Both the position numbers and the translations under genes were made by a program. The notes under the pieces are model-generated. The model worked only from the letters and a program-made list of their open reading frames with translations, searched no databases and was not told where the DNA came from. A DNA stretch of 64,000 nucleotides from contig JAQGDQ010000843.1 of assembly GCA_030141605.1 (NCBI GenBank), forward strand, positions 24,475 through 88,474. The letters are read 5' to 3'. This document shows, piece after piece, positions 21,901-34,300 of the stretch (the stretch's first letter is position 1; every line of letters starts with the position of its first letter). Origin of the DNA: Tubiluchus corallicola. Its lineage: Eukaryota > Animalia > Priapulida.

Positions 21901-22528
21901 GCGATGGGTTGGTATGGTATGATATGGTGTGGGTGGTGTGGTATGGTGTGGTGTGAGTGGGGTGGTGGGTGGTTGTGTGGTGTGGTGTGGTGTAGTGTGG
22001 TGGGTATGGTGTGTTGAGTGGGAGGTGAGCAATGGTGTGAGTGGTGCGATGTATTTTGAGTGGTGTGGCGTGGTGTGGGTTGTTTCAGTGAATTTATGCA
22101 CAAAATTCTTTTACGGGGTTAGGCTAGTGCATATTAATACTACATGCCAATACTGTTTATAGCACTGATATCTTCATATCTGCACTAATATTAATTTTGA
22201 ATTAACAGAAGATGGATACGAAAAGATATAATTTATTACAAATCTGATGAAAAAAGCGCATTTCTGACTCTTACACTATAATTAATGCATTTTGTTTCAG
22301 CTGATGAAAATATAATTATAGAATTTGTTAATTCTTGTTTAGGCTTGTAGACTAACCATTGTTGAGAAAACTTTCAGTAGAGCTGAAATATGGTTCTTCC
22401 TCGGTTTTCGAATTTAACGCTGCATTATACTTTAGACTTCCTGAGGTCTTGTCTCTTGATTTACTAGTAACAAATACAAGCCATGAGGCGCAGTATAAGA
22501 CGAACACAATTGCTATATTGTGAGTCAT
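18909..22528 (-). pseudogene. 3'-truncated trypsin-like (S1A) serine protease gene fragment
   Basis: Exon 22528-22357 (MTHNIAIVFVLYCASWLVFVTS..., signal-peptide-like, phase 1). Exon 20543-20473 (AEQISPESRIIGGEDAADGEFPFM: R|IIGG activation site). Exon 18995-18909 (VTLGYEGNFLCGASIINERWV then SDAQIST*; LTAAHC is disrupted). No catalytic Asp or GDSGGP exons were found before the annexin-2 promoter. Confidence 0.82.
21640..22085. repeat. GT-rich low-complexity repeat ((GTGTG)n-like) in protease intron 1
   Basis: Direct reading. Confidence 0.9.
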
Positions 22529-25207
22529 TCGTGGTTGTTTACTTTCAGCAAAAACAATAGCATAATAATTACGGGTGGTAGTATCCAACAAAAGTGATAG
22601 AAATCAATAATAATTATTATTGAAACCACATTATTCATATTTTAGAATTGCATTGTTTCATTGTCCACACATGAATTCAAAAATTCTAATTGTTGGGCAG
22701 CAGTTTGAAAGTTGTGCAAACTGAAGTTAAATACGCATATTCGAATATAGTTGAAGGGAAAAATTGATAGCCGAATCAAAACTTATGAATTACTGCTACT
22801 AGCTGAGTGAAAACAGCAATGGGTACGAATATAATCATTAGCACTATTGTGAGATAACATCATATATCTATGTCCGTGAGTTCACTACGCTTAGGATCCT
22901 CGTTTTTATGCAGACCAGTTACTAATACTCATGACGAATTTTAAAACTCTAGTGTAACTGACGAGTTGGATTAAACTCGAACAAAAGGCAGTTTTAAGCT
23001 ATCCAATGCATTAAAACAAATTTAGTTGGAAAACGTTGCGTATCATGCACTAATATCATATAATATAATTCAACTGCATTAACACAGTGTGGTACGTCAT
23101 TTTTTCTAATCAAGTTATTTTCATTGTTGTGAAGCATCTATGGTAAGTCAACAGTTTTACAAAACCAAGCCGTAAGTGCAGCTCTCAACTTGGCTTCAGA
23201 TAAGATTTGAGTATTTATGGTGTCAAGCACTTACTCGTGTTGTTATTGTAATTCATTGCCTTTGTCATTCTTATACACACTTCATAAATATTGCTGTATT
23301 ATCTTCGTATTAAATGATTAAATCTCAGTAACATCCTATAGGCATGTACACTGAGGCACACAACCGGCACAGTAATGAGGCACTTTTCCAGATATTCCCA
23401 CTTCAGAGGTACCTTTGAGGGAACCTCCCATTACTGATAAATAAAAATGCAAATGTAAATGCCGTGATATTTTATTATTGTTGCGTTGACTCTTTTATTA
23501 AATTTTGACGTTGTTATGATAATTATGTGCAAATGGAACTTTTATTAATTTTAATTAATATTAAATATTTTAATATTAAAATATCGTCATACTGGAGTTT
23601 TAAACGAGCATATTCATTTTTTGCATCTTAATCACCTTATTCTCTAAGCTTCACTAAGATGTGATCGTCGTTGCAAACAGACTGTGTTGTATTCTGTTTA
23701 TACGTTGTGCCTTACGAAAAGACATAAATTTACGATAATTATCAAGACAAAATCGCACTTTAAATTTTAAACAGTTAAAATTATACCCTCTATAATATAC
23801 ATATACATATAATTTATAATGTTTGAAATATGTTAAGCGTATCTATGACATGACACCGTGTGACGGGAACACAAAAGAATTTCCTTCATAGCATATGGTG
23901 TTCTCAGAAATCTTTATTTCTGTATATATAAAAAATGAAAATAATAAATTTGACTGCTTTCCACTGCTTACAAATGTATAATAATCTAATTATTATAATT
24001 TAAGATAATAAAGTAAATATTTACTCACATCGTGCGGCTATAACAACTTAATAGATCATTGAAACGTCATACTGGTTTACAGCAAATCAGGTAAAGACGC
24101 TATACTTGAACATTTATCTAAGCATTATTTAACGTTTGCTGAGACTTCTGCGAGCGTGTTTAGCGAGGCACAACCTAATTTACAACTTCACAGGTAAAAT
24201 TACAGGTAAGTTCACATAGGTGCTGCCACCTACATGTTAAGGCCAGAAACTGAACTTAACAAGAGGTATTAAAGGATGGGCAGAAATCCAACCCAAACAT
24301 AAAACAGAAGTGAGTATTTTATTTGGAGTACAAAATGAACTTTAGCATAATTTTCATACGGACGAGGACGTCTGTGACGTCACACCAAGTTCATTATAAG
24401 CAAAATTTGTAATTAGCAATTATTAAAGAAATCGTAAATAGACAATGTCAGCGCGCATTTTACAAAAAAAATTTCAAAATCATCGTGCACTAGCCGACAG
24501 CCGAGAACTCATTTTAACACACAAATCCTTGTTTGCTAAATGTATTACTTCTCCGTTACGTGCATTACTAAAAAATAGCGAGCAAATTGCAAAACAAGCC
24601 AGCTCATTGATTTATTCTTCGCTCGCTAGATGGCGAAGCAATACAGTAACCAACTTGAACAGATACAAGCAGCAAAGTCAAGCAAACGCGTTCAGGAACT
24701 TGTTGGAAAGCTTAATCTGTTTATTTAACTTCAAAGGCGGCAAATTTAAGACAGCATCAGTCTCACCACATTGTTTATTTTATAATAACAAAAATAATTA
24801 TTATTTTCTCGTTTCATTTTTACTTTAATGTATAATGTTTTATTTTAATGTAACAAAAATAATTTTTATTTTCTTGTTTCATTTTTATTAATCTTTTAGT
24901 ATGACAATGAATGGTTTTTTTCTTAAATAATACGTTTTACTACTTTAATACGCTACCCTGTTAACCTATTAATATTAAATTGAAAACCGGTGTTAGCCTT
25001 ATTTGAAAAATTACTTGTTCGTCCATTCATTAACTCGTTCATTTACTCATACTTTTACTAATTCCTCATCCGTCCGTTTATTCATTTTTTTAACATATTT
25101 ATTTATTTATTTGTTGGTGTTACATTCATTCAGTCATTCCCTCATTTGATAAATTGGATTAACAATGCGTTCCTTGCTGTTCCTACCACCAAACCCACCA
25201 AGAGCAG

Positions 25208-25250
25208 TGCGCACCTTTGCGTGACATAGTTATGACGTCATACCGGAAGT
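25208..25250 (+). promoter_or_regulatory. Proximal promoter cluster of the calponin-like gene: TGCGCA, CRE (TGACGTCA 25233-25240), ETS (CCGGAAGT 25243-25250)
   Basis: Perfect consensus CRE and ETS motifs, adjacent, about 90-110 nt upstream of the ATG at 25340. Confidence 0.6.
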
Positions 25251-25339
25251 TAACGTACCTGCCTGTACACCACCATGACTGTTCGTGATAAGTTTTACTG
25301 CGTTGGTCTACAGTAGCAACTAACCGGCCGGTATTCAAG

Positions 25340-28300
25340 ATGGCGTACAGACCTGCAAAATCTGGACTTGCTGCGGACGCTGATAGAAAGGTCAGTTTAA
25401 TTTCCGTTCTTAAGTTTGTTTTTACCATAAGCGCGTGTGAGCTGAGAGGCATTTAAAAATTGTTACGACTTTATGGGATCTTGAACTCAGTTTTCTTGGC
25501 TTAGCCGTCAAAAGTTTGTTCAGTTAAATCGTGATCGTGTGTCCAGGGTATAAAAAATTGCCTAGATGTTTATTGTACGACAATTTCATTGAGTTGCAAC
25601 TGGCATTATTGATGCGATACGTTTGTTTCGCCAAAAAAACTGCTTCATTTCGCATGATGAATGAGAAATTTATTTTACTTGTTGCTGGCAAATAATTGAT
25701 AGGAAAATGACTCTTGTCGAGTGGGTGGCTGTTTCATAACACCTGAGTTTCTTACAAATGTGCAACCACGCCCAGTGTTAGCGCGGTGTACTCAATGACG
25801 GATTATCCAATGGGCTAGTACAGACGGCAGTCTAGGGCACCTCAAGCTTGGAGGGCCCTATAGTTTTGGTAACAGTGGTAAAACAAGCTGTCTTTTTTCA
25901 CTAGGGTTGTGTTAAAATATATGCTAATTTGGTTTGCAATAAACTGTAATTTAACAATAGTCTTTTCTTATATATATATAGACTGATTTTTTACCACTGT
26001 TACCAAAACTTTAGGGCCCAGGTTACAGCCTGTACTAGCCCATTGGATAATCCGGCATTGAGTACACTGCCCCAACATTGGGCATGCTATATATATATAT
26101 ATATATACATATATAACAGTGGTAAAATATATAAACATAAGATATGGTAGCTATTCTAGTTTATTTAAATAAGTTGCAATAACTTTACATCATGTAAATG
26201 TCACTAAAATATATCACGAGTAAGAAATATTTGAGACGGGTGTGGACGAGTGTTAGAGGATAGCTGGCTTCGATTGAGGGGGCACCATAATTTCTTTACT
26301 TTAGGGGCCCCAAAAGGTCTTAGTCTGACCCTGGCCAGTATTATAATATTGACTAAAATTAGAATAATAATCAAGATTAGGCGACCTAATACTTCATAAA
26401 TTGGTAATACGCCAACAATGTCCACAAAGAGACCAAAAATTGTAGTTTTATATAATTATATTACTGTTTCCATATCTCTACAATTATTGTAGCTCTATAA
26501 CAATACCGCTTAAACACTTTTTATTGCAATTTAAATTGTTGAAGCTAAATGGGGCACTTTTTCTTTTTTGGCGGGAGGAGGGCTAACGAATTTGGCAATC
26601 CTACCTGCTGTAGGTCTGAATTTACTGCGCATGTCAGGTTCGGTTGCGTTAATTCCTGTTAATTTATGTTTACAAGTAGGACCCACACCTCACCACCTCC
26701 CTGATTTTGATCGTACTCGTACGACGATAAATTTTACACCTTCATTTGCATAGAATGGCTGCTAGAATTCTACGAGCACGTTGGTCAGCAAGAGAGATTA
26801 TTGTCCCTCTGTGGTCAGTTCAGTGCCAGGCACGTTTTATAAATGCTGTATCTGACCTTCGTATTTCCTGTGGTGGTAAAAAAATCACCCCAGTAAAAGC
26901 AGTACGCAATTTTAACACTTTATCCGAGTTTGATACAGCGTCTAGAACCGTGTAGTTGTGGTGTGTTTTTATCTGTGAAGAAACATGGCGCTTTTTAGAG
27001 GTTATAGGGCACGAAAGTCTGGAGACGCGTTTGAGATTGATAGAAAGGTTTGTCTGCTATGTCACTTGTGGGGGTGAGTCTGAGTTTTGGCAGGAAAAAA
27101 AGTCACAATTATTTTTGGTAAAGGTTAGAGGTAGGGGTAAAGGTTAGAGGTATGGGTTAAGGTTAGAGGTAGGGGTAAAGGTTAGAGTTAGGTGTAAAGA
27201 TTAGAGCTAGGGGTAAAGATTAGAGATAGGGGTTAAGGTTAGAGGTAGGGGTAAAGGTTAGAGGTAGGGGTTAAGGCTAGAGGTATGGGTTAAGGTTAGA
27301 CGTAGGGGTAAAGATTAGAGGTAGGGGTAAAGATTAGAGATAGGGCTTAAGGTTAGAGGTAGGGGTTAAGGTTAGAGGTAGGGCTTAAGGTTAGAGGTAG
27401 GGGTTAAGGTTAGAGGTAGGGGTAAAGGTTAGAGATAGGGGTTAAGGTTAGAGGTAGGGGTAAAGGTTAGAGGTAGGGGTAAAGGTTAGAGGTAGGGGTT
27501 AAGGCTAGAGGTATGGGTTAAGGTTAGACGTAGGGGTAAAGATTAGAGGTAGGGGTAAAGATTAGAGATAGGGCTTAAGGTTAGAGGTAGGGGTTAAGGT
27601 TAGAGGTAGGGGTTAAGGTTAGAGGTAGGGGTAAAGGTTAGAGGTAGGGGTAAAGATTAGAGATAGGGCTTAAGATTAGAGGTAGGGGTTAAGGTTAGAG
27701 GTAGGGGTTAAGGTTAGAGGTAGGGGTAAAGGTTAGAGGTAGGGGTAAAGATTAGAGATAGGGGTTAAGGTTAGAGGTAGGGGTAAAGGTTAGAGGTAGG
27801 GGTAAAGATTAGAGATAGGGGTTAAGGCTAGAGGTATGGGTTAAGGTTAGAGGTAGGGGTAAAGGTTAGAGGTAGAGGTAAAGGTTAGAGGTAGGGGTAA
27901 AGGTTAGAGGTAGGGGTAAAGATTAGAGATAGGGGTTAAGATTAGAGGTAGAGGTAAAGGTTAGAGGTAGAGGTAAAGGTTAGAGGTAGAGGTAAAGGTT
28001 AGAGGTAGGGGTAAAGGTTAGAGGTAGGGGTAAAGATTAGAGATAGGGGTTAAGGTTAGAGGTAGGGGTAAAGGTTAGAGGTAGGGGTAAAGATTAGAGA
28101 TAGGGGTTAAGGCTAGAGGTATGGGTTAAGGTTAGAGGTAGGGGTAAAGATTAGAGGTATGGGTTAAGGTTAGAGGTAGAGGTAAAGGTTAGAGGTAGAG
28201 GTAAAGGTTAGAGGTAGGGGTAAAGATTAGAGGTATGGGTTAAGGTTAAGGTTAGGGTTGTTTCTTTTTTCCTGTGGCTGTTTCTGTGATTATTTACCTA

Positions 28301-31300
28301 CGATTTTTTCCTGTAACTTTCTTTACCTGTAACTTTTGACCTGGATTACTGGTGAGGATTTTTGTAACAGTTTTGTAACATTATGATGGCCAGTGATTTA
28401 GGCAGAGAAAGCTGAAAATGTGATCAAACCGGTCTACCTCTCTACATGATTACGCAAGGCTAATCAGGGAACCAAATTAAACCGTTCATTGTGCTGTAAG
28501 CTTGAGTTTATAGGCCTGTTAAGCTTGAGCGACTAGAGAATCTCGAGAGTCTGCTGTTAGCTTGCTAATTAAGATTGTTAAATGTGCACTCGTTTGACTA
28601 GACTTTGTAATAGCACGTATTGAATTGTGCCCACTGCGGCTCCCTGGTTATACTGAATAGTTGTTAATGCTGCTGTAGTTAAAGAATATACAGTAACTAT
28701 TTCACAAGTTTTGTAGTATGTCTAGCGTTTAAAGTCCTGCAACTTCAGAGGGTTAAATCTCAAAATTTGGATAAAGCGTGGACTTAAAGATATTACAACA
28801 GTTAGGTCTAGGGGTAAATTACCCCTCGGGGGTAATATGGTTTTGGGGGGGGGGGGTTAACGGGCACCCCTCTGAAAATTTTTAAACAATACAACAACAA
28901 CACCTGGAAATTTATTTATGTCACGAGCAAACATAAATAATTTTGCTTGCTTGTGACATATACGTGTGTTTACTTTTTGAGTTGGAGAAGTAGTACTAGG
29001 TGGGGGGTAATGGACACGACCGGGTTTCCCGATTTGGGTAACGGTCCGAGAAAGTTTGGGAAACACTGGTTTACACCATACCAGACCGTTTAGTCGAGTG
29101 GTAACGTGCCCGCTCTCCGTCTGGGAGGTCGTGAGTTCGATATAGCAGCTGGGACATGGTAAAAATTTTAAAAAAATGGTACGTGCTGTTGTCCTACTTG
29201 GCGCTCGGTATTTGGTGTAAAGGTGGAGTAAAAGTCTCTGTTATCTATTTGTAGATTTTTATTTACAGTCGGCACAAAAGCTATTTGGAGCACATGCTAA
29301 TTGTTTATTGAAAAACCCAACTTTAAATAAAGATTATTATTGTCATTATTATTATTATTGTTATTATTATTATTTTTATCATCATCAGTATGCTGCTGAC
29401 CGTAGGAAGCAGACACACAATGGTGGGCGTGTTGTGAAAACTGTACAACTTAAACACAACAGAAAATTAGAGACTCAATCAACTGTGTTTGAAAACCGTG
29501 AAAAAATGTCCATTTTCTAAATTTCTCTGCGATATTAGTTAAGAAAAAATACATTTCTTGTAGAATTGATACGTGTAATATATTCGTAAAGTGTATATTC
29601 ACGAGTAGGCTCGACATTACTAACGTATATATATAAATGGTTGTTCAGTATCTCTAGTCGGCAGTGTAGCGGCCAGCTTTTACAGAACGTGTATCGCTTG
29701 CGCTGATTGAGTTACATTGATTTTAATATCACGTTAAAATGAAGCGATACGGGCGTAACAGTAATATCAAGCGAAGTGCATACACAACTGGTACCCTACT
29801 GTGTGGAAATTGTCATAAATTATGATTCATAAGTTTATAATTATTGTAGTTATCACAACTCATAGTTAAAATACATAGTATAGTGCTCATCACGCAGGAC
29901 TAATTAAGACCACAACTCATTTTAATGCTTTGATATAAACAACAACTTTATTAAACACTAATAAACTAGACTATAAGTCTACAACAACAGCTGTCACATT
30001 ATCGTTTCGGTGCTGCTACGCTTTAAAAACGTGGTACATCACACCTGTTGAGGCCACGATGCGTCATCCCTCAAATCTGGAATTGAATTTGCTAAATGTT
30101 TTTGCAACAAATCTATTTACGATAGTAGCTGACCTCTTCTTGGCTTTTTTGTCGTTTCAAGAGCTGTAGGTAATGCTATAGGAAGAGGAGACTCTTTAGG
30201 TAATCTTAGTGTATGCTCAATCCAATGCAATCTTCTTGCTTGTATTTGTTTACTGCAAGGATTTTTCTTGACCACATCATACAGGTCATCATTGGATATT
30301 CTGTCAGGCCATTTAATCTTAGTACATGCTCAGTCCAATGCAATCTTCTTACTTATATTTGTTTACTCTAAGGATTCTTCTTGACCACATCGTACAGATC
30401 ATCATTGGATATTCTGTTAGACCATTTAGTCTTAGTGCCTGCTCAATGCAATGCAATCTTCTTGCTTGTATTTGTTTACTCCAAGGATTCTTCTTGACCA
30501 CATCATACAGATCATCATTGGATATTCTGTCAGACCATTTAATCTTAGTGTATGCCCAATCCAATGCAATCTTCTTGCTTGTATTTGTTTACTCCAAGGA
30601 TTCTTCTTGACCACATCATACAGGTCATCATTGGATACTCTGTCAGACCATTTAATCTTAGTGTATGCCCAATCCAATGCAATCTTCTTGCTTGTATTTG
30701 TTTACTCCAAGGATTCTTCTTGACCACATCATACAGGTCATCATTGGATATTCTGTCAGACCATTTAATCTTAGTGCATGCCAATCCAATGCAATCTTCT
30801 TACTTGTATTTGTTTACTCCAATGATTCTTCTTGACCACATCATACACATCATCATTGGATATTCTGTCAGGCCATTTAATCTTAGTGTCTGTTCAATCC
30901 AATCCAATCTTGTTGCTTGTGTTTGTTTACTCTAAGGATTTTTCTTGACCACATCAATCTGATCATCATTGGATATTCTATCAGGCCATTTAATCTTAGT
31001 GTATGCCCAATCCAATGCAATCTTCTTACTTGTATTTGTTTACTCTAAGGATGCTACTTGACCACATCATATTGTCATTGCATATTCTGTCAGGCCATGT
31101 CGTTCTGGTTCGCACACTAAAGTTGCTAAACTACTTGCTGATGCAATCAGACAACAATGCAACAAGTGCTGCCATCTATTAGTGATAATGCATACCTTAC
31201 ACATAGAAGTAAGTAAATAATAATAATTCTAAAGGCAGTATCCTGTCTTTTCCCCTGCATACTAAATTAGCTTTATCAAAAAGCTCTGCGGGCTAAGCGG

Positions 31301-34300
31301 TTAGGAGGGATCCACCTTCTAACCTTCGTTTCGGAGAGAAGTCATTGCTCTCAACAGTTACTTCATCCGTGAAGGTAATGAGATCAGAGGAAAAAAGTTA
31401 CGATTATTTTTGTCTAGGGTTATTGTTAGGGTTGGGGTTATCTCTTTTTACCTGTGACGTTTCTCTTGTGAGTTAATATCAAAGTGAAACGAATGTGTAT
31501 ATAATTTATGGTCACACGTACAGCTTGTACAAGTTTCGCTGTGCGCATGCGCAGTTACTTTAGGTCATAGGTTACGTGTACCACAACAATGTGTCTTAAC
31601 TACAACCGTCACGTGACATGTACGTAAAGCAAGGCTATCTGCCGTCTCACCACTGCAACGCGTCTTAATTACAGCCGTCACATGACATGTGGGTAAAGCA
31701 AAGCTGTCTGTCGTATCAGTTTAGTAGCTTTTTTACTTGGACTTTACTTAATTATGCATTAGTCTGTCCGCAGAGTGATTTACTAGCGGAATTACAAAAT
31801 CCTTTTACCTGTTACTTTATTACCTAGATTCACACTGGTCAGGCTTTATGAAATTCCACGAACTCCTAAGTTTTACGCTTCTATGTGTATTATATATAGT
31901 ACATATGCGAATGAAATGTGTTATATCCAGTAGAGTCCTGTCTATCTCTATTGCTTTCATTCTATTGTGACTGGTTATAATTTCTACCGGCACATCTGCA
32001 GATTGCAGACATCAGAACCTGTTTCCTTCTAATCCATTGACACAACAATTTTTTCTCTTTTTCAACATAATTCATGCGAGCATTCCACAAATACTTCAAA
32101 ACTTCAAAGCGCCAATGAATTCATCGTGAATCATTTCAGTCGGTCGCCTGCTGCTGCTGCTGCTTTCAACTCTCAGCAGGGTAAAACAGGGTCGTTGTTC
32201 CCTCGCCTATCATGTACGATAAAACATTGAGTAAAATATGTCACACCGCTCCATAATTTGTAATAACGGCTGATTTGTTATTACAGAAATTACACTTGTA
32301 AAGCGCAGCTGTAATGTGCTAACTTTTGCACACCACAAACAATTAACTTATTCGTTAAAGGACAAGAAAAGGGGCACCTGAAGTAGGTGTCAGAAAAATC
32401 GCCTTAAAAATTGTATTACTTTACAACAATTTTATGCGTATATCGTACTCGCGTTGAAAGAAACTTTTGTTTATTTTCATTTAAAATCTCTCACGATACT
32501 GTTCCGACGGCGCCATGACATGACGCAAACGGACGTCAGGGGAAGAAAAGACAATATTAAATTATATCCTAAAAAACTTTCCATGCAAATCTGTATTTTG
32601 TGTATAAATTACTACTAGTACTATTGCTTAACGTTTCGCTTACTTGCTGGAAAGACTTATGTAACTAGTAATAATGATTTCAAATGTTTGTGCCAATTGT
32701 CCATGACTCACCTCCAGGGTGCGCCACTCACGAACCAAAAACGTATTTTTAATCTTATTGACAAGATACACTAATTTAAAATTTTACTTGTGTAACCTGC
32801 GTAACTTGTACAAACTGTACGTGTGACTTGTGTAACTTGTACAAACTGTACGTGTGACTTGTGTAACTTGTACAAACTGTACGTGTGACTTGTGTAACTT
32901 GTACAAACTGTACGTGTGACTTGTGTAACTTGTACAAACTGTACGTGTGACTTGTGTAACTTGTACAAACTGTACGTGTGACTTGTGTAACTTGTACAAA
33001 CTGTACGTATGACTTGTGTAACTTGTACAAACTGTACGTGTGACTTGTGTAACTTTTACAAACTGTACGTGTGACTTGTGTAACTTGTGTAACTTGTACA
33101 AACTGTACGTGTGACTTGTGTAACTTATACAAACTGTACGTGTGACTTGTGTAACTTTTACAAACTGTACGTGTGACTTGTGTAACTTATACAAACTGTA
33201 CGTGTGACTTGAGTTGTTCGTGTGCGTAAATTATACACATATTCGTTTCACTTTGACTTTAACTCACTGAATGAATCGAAGCGATCTATTCAACACTTTT
33301 CCTACAGCAGGTGTTTATCAGTCTGAATCAGGGGCTCATTTGTTACATTTCCCGCCAAATTTCCTTCCGGTATTAGGTCGTAGCGACTCCTCCCTATGTC
33401 AATAGATTCGGATTTCGTGTCTGATAATTATTATTAATGATGTAGAGAGGTTGAAGGTTGAACAAATGAAATTCAAAATGCTTACAAGTGTTAATCTACT
33501 AGACCCAATGGGAAAAGCGCATAGTTCATAGTTCCTGTCCTGCCAACTTTGCTAATGTTGATCTGCGCAGCTTTTCAAACGCTTCTTTAATTCCCAAAAG
33601 TCGCACTTTTCATATTGAGTAACCTCTTTTGTTTTCCTAAAATCGCCGCACAGACTGGCAACTTCATAGTTCCTGTCCTGCCAACTTTGCTAATGTTGAT
33701 CTGCGCAGCTTTTCAAACGCTTCTTTAATTCCCAAAAGTCGCACTTTTCATATTGAGTAACCTCTTTTGTTTTCCTAAAATCGCCGCACAGACTGGCAAC
33801 TTCATTGCAGACTTGTAAATTTTACTACGTTAATTTGTATTTCCTGAAACCGAACCGGAAATACAGTAGCGTTTGCAGACGTACTCGTATCCTGTGTTAT
33901 TTCCGGTAATGTATCTCGTAAAGCTGCAAGAAACATCCATGTTGACGGTTATTGTCTGAGATAAAACTCGTTGAAGCTGTTGCCTCTTCACGCTTCTGAA
34001 AGTGGTGGCATAAAATCGATCTTACGAAATGAAATTGGTGTTTGATTTGTGACATCTTCAAATTTAATTCAATGTATAAATGTGAGGCTAATTGTCCATT
34101 CCCCCCCCCCCGCCCCCGTGTTCAATATACGACAAAACCACTTAGTTGGGCAGTGCGCGCACGCGTGTGCGTACGTGTGTGTGTGTGTGTGTGTGTGTTT
34201 GGCACAAGTGAAGCAGTGCTGTGTCTGTTTAGCAGTTAAGTGAATGGGTGACCCAAGGTTAAACGTGTCCTGGGCAGTTTTAATTCGTCACACTGCTAGA

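Noticed and set aside
21472-22162. His/Thr/Pro-rich 209-aa ORF and overlapping ORFs
   Set aside because: Low-complexity GT-rich repeat inside protease intron 1, with no convincing splice context.
27115-28260. Telomere or interstitial telomeric sequence
   Set aside because: The unit is a 19-mer, not TTAGGG or TTAGG, and it is embedded in an interspersed element.
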